IMG/VR virus record: IMGVR_UViG_3300035670_013237
Span: 120,001 to 152,000 of that record
Origin: a virus
Length of the DNA stretch: 32,000 nucleotides
Strand: one strand, 5' to 3'
Within the stretch, counting starts at the first letter, position 1. Each line of letters begins with the position of its first letter. This document shows positions 19,110 through 26,713 of this stretch, one piece after another. Both the position numbers and the translations under genes were made by a program. The notes under the pieces are model-generated. The model was not told the origin of the DNA and searched no databases. It was given only the letters and a program-made list of their open reading frames with translations.

Positions 19110-19706
19110 ATGAAGTTCTCACGGCAGGTATGCAGCGCTCTTACAGCCTTCTTTCTCGGGGCGCCCGTCCAGGCGTCCGAGCCATTCCCGCTATCTCTAG
19201 GAATCGGAGCAGGGGTGGGAGTGAACAAGCACTTCCATCCCGAAGTTTCTCGCGAGGATGTGGCGTTTATTAACGTAGCGTGCGTGCGTCTTAAGTTCCT
19301 GTGGATTTTTGGTGTTGATTATTCGTATGACATGTCCCGGGATGCGGAGCTGCAGACCCACCCTGAGGAGGGCGACCTGCATTATCGGGCGAAGTTACGG
19401 CTGAGCGGGCTGTTGTATCCTCTTCCATTGGGGCATTTTAATTTTTATTTTATAGGTGGCACTGGTGCAGCGCACCTGAGCGAGGCGTTTTTGATTGCAG
19501 CGCCGGGGGAGAGTTATCATGGTGGAATTGGATTTGAGGTGTTTTTCGACGACCATGTCGCCCTCGATTTGAGCTTCGTTTTGGTCGCGCCCGGCGTGCA
19601 CACAGCAGCCGAGAGGGCTCTTCACGCTGGAGAGATTCCACGGCTTAATTCTCTTTTTGGCCTGAAGAACCATGAGTTTGTCCTGCGGTTTTTGTTTTTT
19701 TTGTGA
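19110..19706 (+). CDS. outer-membrane beta-barrel protein with signal peptide (198 aa)
   Basis: ATG 19110 inside listed ORF 18969..19706. Signal peptide MKFSRQVCSALTAFFLGAPVQA/SEP. Alternating hydrophobic beta-strand pattern and an aromatic C-terminus (RFLFFL). The ATG is 7 nt after the -10 of promoter 19072..19102, so it is leaderless. Confidence 0.7.
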   Translation: MKFSRQVCSALTAFFLGAPVQASEPFPLSLGIGAGVGVNKHFHPEVSREDVAFINVACVRLKFLWIFGVDYSYDMSRDAELQTHPEEGDLHYRAKLRLSGLLYPLPLGHFNFYFIGGTGAAHLSEAFLIAAPGESYHGGIGFEVFFDDHVALDLSFVLVAPGVHTAAERALHAGEIPRLNSLFGLKNHEFVLRFLFFL

Positions 19707-19709
19707 TTT

Positions 19710-19740
19710 GGTGTAAACTCCAGATGGGTTGGGTTATAAT
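19710..19740 (+). promoter_or_regulatory. promoter cassette (19828..20664) with structured 87-nt leader
   Basis: GGTGTAAACT, 15 nt, TATAAT. The leader has nested hairpins (ACCCCCAA...TTGGGGGT enclosing AGGGT-N8-ACCCT; GGCCAA-GAAA-TTGGCC). Confidence 0.6.
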
Positions 19741-19827
19741 TGAACCCCCAAAATATGAGGGTGAATATTTACCCTTCCCGATTGGGGGTGCGGCCAAGAA
19801 ATTGGCCTCTTGACAAGAAGGTAAAAG

Positions 19828-20664
19828 ATGAAATCAAAGTATCATATGGTTGAGAAGCGCAGCAGAGATCTGGGTGATGTGCCGACGGGGTATGAGATGT
19901 TGGCAATTTTCACGATTTGGCTCGTTGCGATGTTTGGTTTGGCGATGTCGACCGGGTGCGATGGCGAAGCCCGCGCCGAGCTCCGTGATCCGCCAGTGAT
20001 TCTCAATAAGATTGAGCGTGACCGGGTGCCCTCGCCGAGGTCTCCGAAGCTGCATGTTCGGCAGAAGCCCGTTGATCCAGAGACTGTGATGTGTTTCTCT
20101 CCAGAGGGTCCGGCGCCTGATCGCACTGGTGTTCTCTTACAGGATCCGCCCACCGAAGAGGAGAGGCGGATGATTGATGTGCAGCTTGACCACTGCAAGC
20201 GCGACATTCGTGGTGTGGCTGATCCATTTCTTATGTTGGCAGTCCTACGGTTCGAGGAGGAGATTGGCGTGCCTGATGAGGCTCGTGGAATCTTGGGTGC
20301 TGTGTGGTGCATTGAAGCCTCCATGATGCTAAAAGGGCGCGATGGTGGTCCAATTCGTGGTGATTGGCACGGCAGTCATGCCAACGCTCATGGCCCAGCC
20401 CAGTTGTGGTCATGGCATCGTAATTGGTGTGGGTTGTCTGAGGGCGGTGCTGATGATCTTTACACGGCACTTGGGTGTTACTGGAAGCGTGCTGGGGATC
20501 GTCGTGAGAAGCGGGCGATGGGTTGCATTGACACGTGGCGTGTAGGTGAGGCACTAGCAGCGAATGGTGTGAAGTACAGGCCCCATGGGTGCAAGGCACA
20601 GTCATCTCACTGGAAAGAGATGAAAAAGTGGCACCGCATTTTAGACACTTCAGCAGGTGGCTAA
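19828..20664 (+). CDS. possible lytic transglycosylase (SLT-like) with N-terminal membrane or lipoprotein anchor
   Basis: Listed ORF. Hydrophobic LAIFTIWLVAMFGLAMSTGC. WCIEASM...AHGPAQLW resembles the E-S...G(L/P)xQ catalytic motifs of SLT domains. The assignment is tentative. Confidence 0.6.
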   Translation: MKSKYHMVEKRSRDLGDVPTGYEMLAIFTIWLVAMFGLAMSTGCDGEARAELRDPPVILNKIERDRVPSPRSPKLHVRQKPVDPETVMCFSPEGPAPDRTGVLLQDPPTEEERRMIDVQLDHCKRDIRGVADPFLMLAVLRFEEEIGVPDEARGILGAVWCIEASMMLKGRDGGPIRGDWHGSHANAHGPAQLWSWHRNWCGLSEGGADDLYTALGCYWKRAGDRREKRAMGCIDTWRVGEALAANGVKYRPHGCKAQSSHWKEMKKWHRILDTSAGG

Positions 20665-20676
20665 TATTTTAGACGT

Positions 20677-21018
20677 ATGAGTGAAATGTCACTGGACCCT
20701 GAAATGCAACGTTTGGCTCAAGAGGCCATAAAGTGTAAAAAATGGCGGTGGATTCCAGGCATGGCTTGGACTTCACCAGGAGGAGCATGCGGGCGGGTCG
20801 TATTAGATTGGATACCTGATAAATTTTCTTATCCTGTCCTCTCTGACCCAGCCACACTAGGTTGTCTCCTGCACATTGTACGCGAGGCATGGGGACAGCC
20901 TAGTCTCGGCTGCCATAAGTTGTTTGATAGTAGTTGGGTTGTTACGCACTGCAGCCCGACAATTGGTGGCTCCTCTGAAGCTGCCGCATTGATAGCAGCA
21001 CTTGCTCAAAAAAACTGA
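20677..21018 (+). CDS. hypothetical protein, paralogue family D (WRWxPGM / DPATxGC)
   Basis: Listed ORF. Motifs KKWRWIPGM and LSDPATLGCLLHIVREAWG are shared with 21792, 23734 and 25116. Confidence 0.7.
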   Translation: MSEMSLDPEMQRLAQEAIKCKKWRWIPGMAWTSPGGACGRVVLDWIPDKFSYPVLSDPATLGCLLHIVREAWGQPSLGCHKLFDSSWVVTHCSPTIGGSSEAAALIAALAQKN

Positions 21019-21110
21019 ATCTTTATTATAAATTTGTGCATGTGTATGATAACCTTGTCTTGCCCCGCAGTGGGGCAAGAGCTTTCCTTGAAGATTTATT
21101 GAGGGAGTTT

Positions 21111-21302
21111 ATGTCTGCAAAAAGAATAGTTCAGCAAGCGTTCCATAAGTACGATGCTCTATCAGTCTCTCAAGTCGCCAGTGGTCCTGACTGGGATTCT
21201 TTCATACCCCTGGAACGACATGAGAAGATCATCGCATACCGCGATTTGATTCGTGGTGATGTTCACATTCGCTATCAGGTGGAGCAGCTCCACCGCCGCT
21301 GA
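21111..21302 (+). CDS. hypothetical protein (63 aa)
   Basis: ATG 21111 inside listed ORF 21036..21302. SD GAGGGAG 4 nt upstream. An 8-bp hairpin (21059-21079) lies inside the longer ORF. Confidence 0.55.
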   Translation: MSAKRIVQQAFHKYDALSVSQVASGPDWDSFIPLERHEKIIAYRDLIRGDVHIRYQVEQLHRR

Positions 21303-21359
21303 GATTCGAAAATTTTAATGAGAGCTTGAGTTGTCTAAATAAAGGAAGTGGTTTTTGAC

Positions 21360-21608
21360 ATGAAGAAGTGGAGATTGGTTGTTATTCACTCGGACGGTTC
21401 TACATATGACACAGACCTTGAGGACTGTACGGTTGCTATTCTCAATAGTGACGGAATTAGGGAGCTCGATGATACAGGCGACGCAAAGTGCCTTGATGAA
21501 GAGCATTTTGTGTCTTCCATGAGCGCTTATGACATGGCTGTTGATGCAGGTCTCGTTGAGCTTGCTGAAGAATATGCTGAAGAAGATGATGAAGAGGACG
21601 ACGAGTGA
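21360..21608 (+). CDS. acidic hypothetical protein (82 aa)
   Basis: ATG 21360 inside the listed ORF, which starts at GTG 21348. SD AAGGAAG upstream. The C-terminus is EEYAEEDDEEDDE. Confidence 0.6.
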   Translation: MKKWRLVVIHSDGSTYDTDLEDCTVAILNSDGIRELDDTGDAKCLDEEHFVSSMSAYDMAVDAGLVELAEEYAEEDDEEDDE

Positions 21609-21802
21609 GAGATAAACGACTCTTACGTAATGCATGCCGGTGTACAAAGTGTGACACTATCATCGAGAGCCGCCATCGCCATGACTTTCAATGGTGTAAA
21701 TGCCAATCTGTCTTCGTAGATGGCGGTCTCGACTACATACGTCGCGGAGGAGAGCCACAGTACATGGAAGATCTATCAGTCTACAGCGAGGATGGCAGCT
21801 AA
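21605..21802 (+). CDS. small Cys-rich zinc-ribbon-like protein (65 aa)
   Basis: Listed ORF. GTGA overlap with the upstream stop. CRCTKC...HRHDFQWCKC...VDGGLDYIRRGG is a four-Cys pattern. Confidence 0.6.
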   Translation: MRDKRLLRNACRCTKCDTIIESRHRHDFQWCKCQSVFVDGGLDYIRRGGEPQYMEDLSVYSEDGS

Positions 21803-22139
21803 CGTGGATGAACTCTCGCCCAGAGAATCTCTGGCACGGCGTGCCATTTTGTGTCCGAGTTGGCGCTGGTTGTCAGGTATGAGGGTAATTTATAGTACGG
21901 AGCGTGACGTAGGTGATCGCTTCATTACCATGGATGATGAATATGTCTATCTTGTGGCAGACGATCTCGGGATCAATCGGCCTACAGAGATCGTGGCTGT
22001 GAAGAAGAGATTGGATAAATTCCATAGAGACTGCCTGCCTGATCTTGAGGACCCTGCGACATTTGGGTGTTTAGCACACATGCTGGGTTGTGCACAAAAT
22101 ACAGAAGATTTGGTAAAAATTCTTGAAGCGGCAAGATAG
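21792..22139 (+). CDS. hypothetical protein, paralogue family D
   Basis: ATG 21792 inside listed ORF 21720..22139. Motifs SWRWLSGM and LEDPATFGCLAHML. Confidence 0.65.
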   Translation: MAANVDELSPRESLARRAILCPSWRWLSGMRVIYSTERDVGDRFITMDDEYVYLVADDLGINRPTEIVAVKKRLDKFHRDCLPDLEDPATFGCLAHMLGCAQNTEDLVKILEAAR

Positions 22140-22148
22140 ATAATAAGC

Positions 22149-22559
22149 ATGAAAATCACACTCTCACAGCTCAAAAGAATTATTAAAGAAGAGGCCTCAC
22201 GCGTCAACGAGGCCCTCACCCCGCCTAAAAAGGCTGATCGTGAATTTAGATTGAAGCTAATCAACGCCCTAGAAAGTGTTGCTGAGGAAAATAAAAATGC
22301 GGGTTACCCTATTACAATGAACATAAAGAGGCTGCAATACGAGCTTGGTAAGCACGGAATTTCGCTAGAAAACTCGCGCACTGATTATGTGTCCTTGAGC
22401 AATCCTGAAGATCGTGCTGACGCCCAGAAATATTTTCTTCCGGTTGTGAACGAGCCTGAAGAGGGACAGGAGCCTGCTGACGCTTTCGGCGCCGTGAGTG
22501 ATTTTGTCGCCAGTGTCGACCATCGTAGGTGGGAACAGAACAAAAAGTACGGAGTCTAA
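22149..22559 (+). CDS. hypothetical protein with N-terminal MKITLSQLKRIIKEE motif
   Basis: Listed ORF, followed by terminator 22583..22614. Confidence 0.7.
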   Translation: MKITLSQLKRIIKEEASRVNEALTPPKKADREFRLKLINALESVAEENKNAGYPITMNIKRLQYELGKHGISLENSRTDYVSLSNPEDRADAQKYFLPVVNEPEEGQEPADAFGAVSDFVASVDHRRWEQNKKYGV

Positions 22560-22582
22560 ACCCCGAGAGTTCGCCTGTGAGA

Positions 22583-22614
22583 ATGAAGGCCACCGCAAGG
22601 TGGCCTTCATCTTT
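22583..22614 (+). terminator. rho-independent terminator after 22149..22559
   Basis: 12-bp perfect stem ATGAAGGCCACC/GGTGGCCTTCAT, loop GCAA, then CTTT. Confidence 0.7.
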
Positions 22615-22648
22615 AACTCCGTAGGCTTGCGATTTTTTTTGATGAATT

Positions 22649-22679
22649 GGTGTAAAACTCCTGTGGGCTGTGGTACACT
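22649..22679 (+). promoter_or_regulatory. promoter cassette (22767..23405)
   Basis: A T-run then GGTGTAAAAC, 15 nt, TGG-TACACT. It lies just after terminator 22583..22614. Confidence 0.6.
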
Positions 22680-22766
22680 ACATTCAAGAAGAGCGGAGGG
22701 TGGTTCCTCGGCTCGAATAGAAATGCCCGGTAGCCAATCCGGAATGCACACGGAGAATTAGAGAAA

Positions 22767-23405
22767 ATGTCTGATGCTATTGATAATGCCAAGCTTTCTA
22801 AAATTGATGCAGCCATCGCCGCGGCCAAGGCTCGCAAGGCTGCACGTGAGGCTCAAGAGTCCGAAGAGGGCACATCCTCGAGCCAGGAAAACTCGGTGAA
22901 GAAGGTCAAGTTGAGTGCCGAAGAGCGCGCAAAGAAGAAGGAGGCGATCCTTGTCGAGCGTGCAGCTCGTAAGGCCGCACAGCTCGTCGAGCGCGAAGCA
23001 AAGCGTGCTGCTAAGGCTTCGGCAGGTGAAAAACCCACCCGCATATCGAAGGTCGATCGAGCAGGTGCGAAGCTTCCCCGGCTCCTTGATACTGCTCAGG
23101 CGATCTTTGAAGATATCACCGTCAACCTGGGCGCGGAGCAGCTCGCCGCCTTGGCACAACACATCCTTCACCACAACAGGGTAAAGTCAACGGAGCGGGC
23201 ACAGGGCGCGAAGCTTGAAGTGGGCCAGCGAGTTCGCATTACTGGTGGCGATCCCAAGTGGTATGGGGTGCATGGGACCCTCTCCAAAGTTCAGCGAATC
23301 CGCTGCTTCGTGGAAGTTCCGGGTGCCAACAAGCCGGTTTACCTCTTCACTTCGGACGTGGAGCCCATCGCTGACGACGTCCCCCGCACCGGCACCGAGG
23401 GGTAA
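22767..23405 (+). CDS. Lys/Ala/Glu-rich protein with C-terminal KOW/SH3-like segment (212 aa)
   Basis: Listed ORF. Promoter 22649..22679 with a leader of about 85 nt. Followed by long-stem terminator 23415..23491. Confidence 0.7.
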   Translation: MSDAIDNAKLSKIDAAIAAAKARKAAREAQESEEGTSSSQENSVKKVKLSAEERAKKKEAILVERAARKAAQLVEREAKRAAKASAGEKPTRISKVDRAGAKLPRLLDTAQAIFEDITVNLGAEQLAALAQHILHHNRVKSTERAQGAKLEVGQRVRITGGDPKWYGVHGTLSKVQRIRCFVEVPGANKPVYLFTSDVEPIADDVPRTGTEG

Positions 23406-23414
23406 CCCTCGTCC

Positions 23415-23491
23415 ACTTCTCTGGGAAGAGACCACCAGCGACATGTCATAAGCACGGAGGTCCTGTGGTTCTCTTCCCAGAGAAGCTTTTT
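23415..23491 (+). terminator. long-stem terminator after 22767..23405
   Basis: 20-bp arms CTTCTCTGGGAAGAGACCAC / GTGGT(T)CTCTTCCCAGAGAAG with a 30-nt loop, then CTTTTT. Confidence 0.6.
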
Positions 23492-23498
23492 ACAAAAT

Positions 23499-23528
23499 AG
23501 TGTAAATCTTCTCAAAACCGGTTATATT
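23499..23528 (+). promoter_or_regulatory. promoter cassette (23612..24786 unit)
   Basis: AGTGTAAATC, 14 nt, TATATT. It lies just after terminator 23415..23491. Confidence 0.5.
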
Positions 23529-23611
23529 CAGCGGACCATCTAACGGTGGAAGGGTTCTCTGGCGGGTCGCCGAGGTATCCTAACACCTCGTATTATCAAG
23601 AGAGAAAACAC

Positions 23612-23734
23612 ATGAATCCGTATCATAACGATAGCAAGCTCGTCTCCAAGGTTGATGATTTCTTCAGCAGTTTTTTTCTGTTCTCTTTTCTTGGCGCGTT
23701 CGTAGCAGCGTTTGCCGTGCCGTGGATTGCCTGA
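23612..23734 (+). CDS. small membrane peptide (40 aa)
   Basis: ATG 23612 inside listed ORF 23546..23734, downstream of promoter 23499..23528. Hydrophobic tail FFSSFFLFSFLGAFVAAFAVPWIA. Confidence 0.45.
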   Translation: MNPYHNDSKLVSKVDDFFSSFFLFSFLGAFVAAFAVPWIA

Positions 23735-24108
23735 TGAGTATCAACTCTCGAGACCTGGGCATCAGGATCGCAAACAACAAGTTCTTTCGGCCCACACCAG
23801 GCATGCTCCTTGTCGCTGACAACGGTTGGGCAGGTCGGGTTATCTCTGACGATCCAGTCTATGTTGGTTGTCGGCGAGCTCTGGTGATGGGGAATCCTCA
23901 ATCGGGAGACGGGATGCCCTACGTGCAGGGTCTACAGGACATGAAGGTATATCCAGATGTCACTGACCCTGCGACGGTGGGATGCATTCAAGCGTTGATC
24001 AAAACGGCGGAAGCGAAATATAATAATCCAGACCTCAACACCAAGGCACAAATGTACGATCTGCTGGACTTGGTGAAGCTGTCGGAGGTCTGGGAGAAAG
24101 ATTCGTAA
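23734..24108 (+). CDS. hypothetical protein, paralogue family D
   Basis: ATG 23734 overlaps the upstream TGA (TGATG). The listed ORF begins at GTG 23722. Motifs RPTPGM and VTDPATVGCIQALI. Confidence 0.65.
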   Translation: MSINSRDLGIRIANNKFFRPTPGMLLVADNGWAGRVISDDPVYVGCRRALVMGNPQSGDGMPYVQGLQDMKVYPDVTDPATVGCIQALIKTAEAKYNNPDLNTKAQMYDLLDLVKLSEVWEKDS

Positions 24109-24464
24109 TGTTGTATTGGGAAATTCTCACGGGAAAGTTCAACATCTCTCGTGAATCAGGGCAGCAGGGCGCAGGGCGTGCCCTGCGCTCCTGGTATCTC
24201 AGAAAATATGGTGCCGAAGTTTCTAACTTTAGAGTAAAGCTAAAAGATGGTGTTCCTGTCGAGGTCCACTTAGGGCTGGAAGTTCCTATTCAAGACCTAC
24301 ACACAACTGTCGAACACCTAGAATCAGGTCAGGTTTCAGACCTTGAGGGCGCAAGTTTGCGCTACATTGAAGAGCTCATCGACATGAAGCACATCACAAG
24401 CTGGTCGCTACACCGTCACCCTCTCATGTCTGATAGAGCAGCACTAAATTTTGTCTTGAGCTGA
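24108..24464 (+). CDS. hypothetical protein (118 aa)
   Basis: Listed ORF. TAATG overlap with the upstream stop. Confidence 0.6.
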   Translation: MLYWEILTGKFNISRESGQQGAGRALRSWYLRKYGAEVSNFRVKLKDGVPVEVHLGLEVPIQDLHTTVEHLESGQVSDLEGASLRYIEELIDMKHITSWSLHRHPLMSDRAALNFVLS

Positions 24465-24471
24465 GGAGATT

Positions 24472-24786
24472 ATGGATCCCAGAGAATTGGCACGCAAGGC
24501 AGGTTTTTCAGAGCAGCAGGCTGAAGCATGGGTTTCAGGTTTTGAGCACGGATATATCGAGCGCTCTCGCCTCCAAGAGACTGTCAACTTGCTCTTATCA
24601 CATGGGCAAAAAGACCAAGAGCGCTGGCGCTCCGCAGGCCTCACGTATTCAGCGGTGCGCGAGCTCATTTCTGCTTACGAGCTCGATGAGATCAGTTTTG
24701 GGAAACTTGTGGAAGAAATTCGTGGAATGGCCTCAGGAGAGGTCACACGGCAGCTTAGAGAATTTTCTAAAAAAGAAGAGGAGTAA
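24472..24786 (+). CDS. hypothetical protein (104 aa)
   Basis: Listed ORF. SD GAGGAG 5 nt upstream. Confidence 0.65.
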   Translation: MDPRELARKAGFSEQQAEAWVSGFEHGYIERSRLQETVNLLLSHGQKDQERWRSAGLTYSAVRELISAYELDEISFGKLVEEIRGMASGEVTRQLREFSKKEEE

Positions 24787-24788
24787 TT

Positions 24789-24956
24789 ATGAATTTTGGA
24801 ATTGTTGAAATTTCTTTTGGAATCGGAGTGGCGGCTCTTGTGGTCGGAGCGTACCTCTTGGGATATGTGCATGGTGATAATGCACGTGACCGCCAGTTGT
24901 GGGCCTCACTCAAGAATATCAAGCCCCTTGCGGAAGATGAGGATGTCAAATCTTGA
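24789..24956 (+). CDS. small membrane protein (55 aa), holin-like candidate
   Basis: Too short for the ORF track. The ATG is 2 nt after the upstream stop. One TM helix (GIVEISFGIGVAALVVGAYLLGYV) followed by a charged tail. Confidence 0.5.
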   Translation: MNFGIVEISFGIGVAALVVGAYLLGYVHGDNARDRQLWASLKNIKPLAEDEDVKS

Positions 24957-25153
24957 ATTTGACGTCGAACATCGAGCTCATCATCCTGCTCTACATTGCC
25001 ACTTTCTTTTTTCTAGGTGTGATTTTCGCAGCTGGCATGGCAATCGGGTATAAAATGCGCGGTCGTGAGCTGCGGTACATAAAAAAATATTATCAAAAAA
25101 ATCTGGATAAAGAAGATGTCCGTAGCTCTAGCAGCACAAGCAGTCAAAGCTAA
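24953..25153 (+). CDS. small membrane protein (66 aa), holin/antiholin- or i-spanin-like candidate
   Basis: Listed ORF with a TTG start overlapping the upstream stop (TTGA). One TM helix (IELIILLYIATFFFLGVIFAAGMAIGY) and a basic tail. Confidence 0.5.
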   Translation: MNLTSNIELIILLYIATFFFLGVIFAAGMAIGYKMRGRELRYIKKYYQKNLDKEDVRSSSSTSSQS

Positions 25154-25442
25154 ATATTGGAGGTGGATGCCGGGTATGTTAGCATGTCTTCATGGTAAAT
25201 CTTTTAGAGTTTCGTTTGGGGGTGTGCCTTCTGGAGCAATTCCTGACCTTGATGATGAGACCACATTAAATTGTATTTTGCACTTGGTAAGGGTTATGCG
25301 AAGTGACCACGGCTGGGAACCCCGAGCACTCTATCATGACCCTGAACCTGACTGGGTCGTTGATCCTCCAACATCTATGCGACAGACTCTACATCCTAGC
25401 TACACTTCAGCACTTATCGCAGCACTTTGCAGTTTCAAATAA
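25116..25442 (+). CDS. hypothetical protein, paralogue family D
   Basis: Listed ORF. Motifs KYWRWMPGM and PDLDDETTLNCILHLVRVM. Confidence 0.65.
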   Translation: MSVALAAQAVKAKYWRWMPGMLACLHGKSFRVSFGGVPSGAIPDLDDETTLNCILHLVRVMRSDHGWEPRALYHDPEPDWVVDPPTSMRQTLHPSYTSALIAALCSFK

Positions 25443-25487
25443 TCGTCTAAGTCTAAAACGGGTACCTATCTAGGTGTAGGAGTTAAT

Positions 25488-26204
25488 ATGGACAATTTAT
25501 TGAAAAAAGCTGGTGAGTTGGCGTTAGAGCGCGCGCTGGTCGAGTGGAAGCGTGATGTGGTTGATCCTCCGCGTCGTTCATTGCAGGATCCGTTGTTTGA
25601 TGATGACCGCAAGGCGATCGATGGGTACATTCGGAATGGCGCGCAGTTGGGAGGCGTGTCGAATCCGGGTAAGTTCGTTTATCAGAAGGATGGTGACTAT
25701 GAGTGGTGTGGAGCCTTTCACGCTCACTGTTGGGAACCGTTTATTCAACCCGACCTGAGGCAGTTGTACTGGCCTTCCACGTATCGTCTTGATTGTTATG
25801 GGCGTTATGTTGCCGGGTTTGCGTCTGCAAATGCTAAGGCCACCGCGGCGAAGTATCCTCGACCTGTAGCTGATGGGCGCAAGTACCTGAAGTTGACCGC
25901 GGCGTCGACACCTGAAGAGGTCACGGCGTTTGGCCCACGCCCAGGTGACATTCTGCTGGTGGGCTTTGCGCCAGGTTATGGTTATGGCTCACATGTCACG
26001 CTGGTCGAGCGTTGGGATCCTGCCACACGCATCTTCCACACTGTTGAAGGCAATGCGACAGGCGTTGGTCCCGATGGTTCACGGCGCCAGGGCGTGATCA
26101 AGCACCAGCGCCCGCTTGGGACTGCGACTCCGGCGAAGACGTACCACGCACTGAGGTTAATTCGTCCTGGTATTAACGACCTAATCCCAGGCTCCGTTAA
26201 GTGA
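25488..26204 (+). CDS. NlpC/P60-CHAP-like cell-wall hydrolase (endolysin candidate)
   Basis: Listed ORF with SD TAGGAG. A Cys-His-polar triad in the usual order and context: YEWCGAFHAHCW, GSHVTLVERW, FHTVEGNATG. This resembles the TIGR02594/CHAP families. Confidence 0.7.
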   Translation: MDNLLKKAGELALERALVEWKRDVVDPPRRSLQDPLFDDDRKAIDGYIRNGAQLGGVSNPGKFVYQKDGDYEWCGAFHAHCWEPFIQPDLRQLYWPSTYRLDCYGRYVAGFASANAKATAAKYPRPVADGRKYLKLTAASTPEEVTAFGPRPGDILLVGFAPGYGYGSHVTLVERWDPATRIFHTVEGNATGVGPDGSRRQGVIKHQRPLGTATPAKTYHALRLIRPGINDLIPGSVK

Positions 26205-26470
26205 GGATATACACAAGCATGTATAATAAACTGTTGACGTTTATTGTTATGTTGGGCATTATATCGTCAGGTTGTTTTTATGAGCCTGTGCGTGTTGTTC
26301 GACCTGAGCCTGTGAGAGTTGAGTCTCCGCGCCCGCCTTCTCGAAGAGTTGTGAGCGCAGGATATCGATCTCTTGGGACATGGATTCATGTCTGTGAGCC
26401 GTCACGGCATGGACACTATGTGTATAGCCAGTGTTATTGGGTTCGACTCAGCGAATATTCGAGATATTGA
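26201..26470 (+). CDS. lipoprotein, o-spanin-like candidate
   Basis: Listed ORF. GTG 26201 overlaps the hydrolase stop; ATG 26219 is an alternative start. Lipobox-like IISSGC after a hydrophobic segment. Pro/Arg/Val-rich mature part. Followed by terminator 26494..26527. Confidence 0.6.
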   Translation: MRIYTSMYNKLLTFIVMLGIISSGCFYEPVRVVRPEPVRVESPRPPSRRVVSAGYRSLGTWIHVCEPSRHGHYVYSQCYWVRLSEYSRY

Positions 26471-26493
26471 AAATTAGCTGGTGATTTGTGTAT

Positions 26494-26527
26494 GCTCCTT
26501 CATGATATTTTGTGAGGGAGCTTTTTT
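26494..26527 (+). terminator. rho-independent terminator after 26201..26470
   Basis: Stem GCTCCTTCA/TGAGGGAGC (one mismatch), 10-nt loop, then TTTTTT. Confidence 0.6.
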
Positions 26528-26545
26528 GTTTTATACTTAAAGGAT

Positions 26546-26713
26546 ATGAAGATCAAGCTTGGTGAATTGCGGCGCATTATTCGTGAGGCGATCAAGGATG
26601 TACAAGAAGATTCTGTGCCTCCCGATAAATGGGCAGCCAATACAGGCAAGCCCGCTAAAGAAGATGACCTTCAACGCCTTGGTGAGGACGAAGAAGATGA
26701 GGATGAGGGATGA
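26546..26713 (+). CDS. small acidic protein (55 aa) with N-terminal MKIKLGELRRIIREA motif
   Basis: Too short for the ORF track. SD AAAGGA upstream. ATGA overlap with the next gene. Confidence 0.5.
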   Translation: MKIKLGELRRIIREAIKDVQEDSVPPDKWAANTGKPAKEDDLQRLGEDEEDEDEG

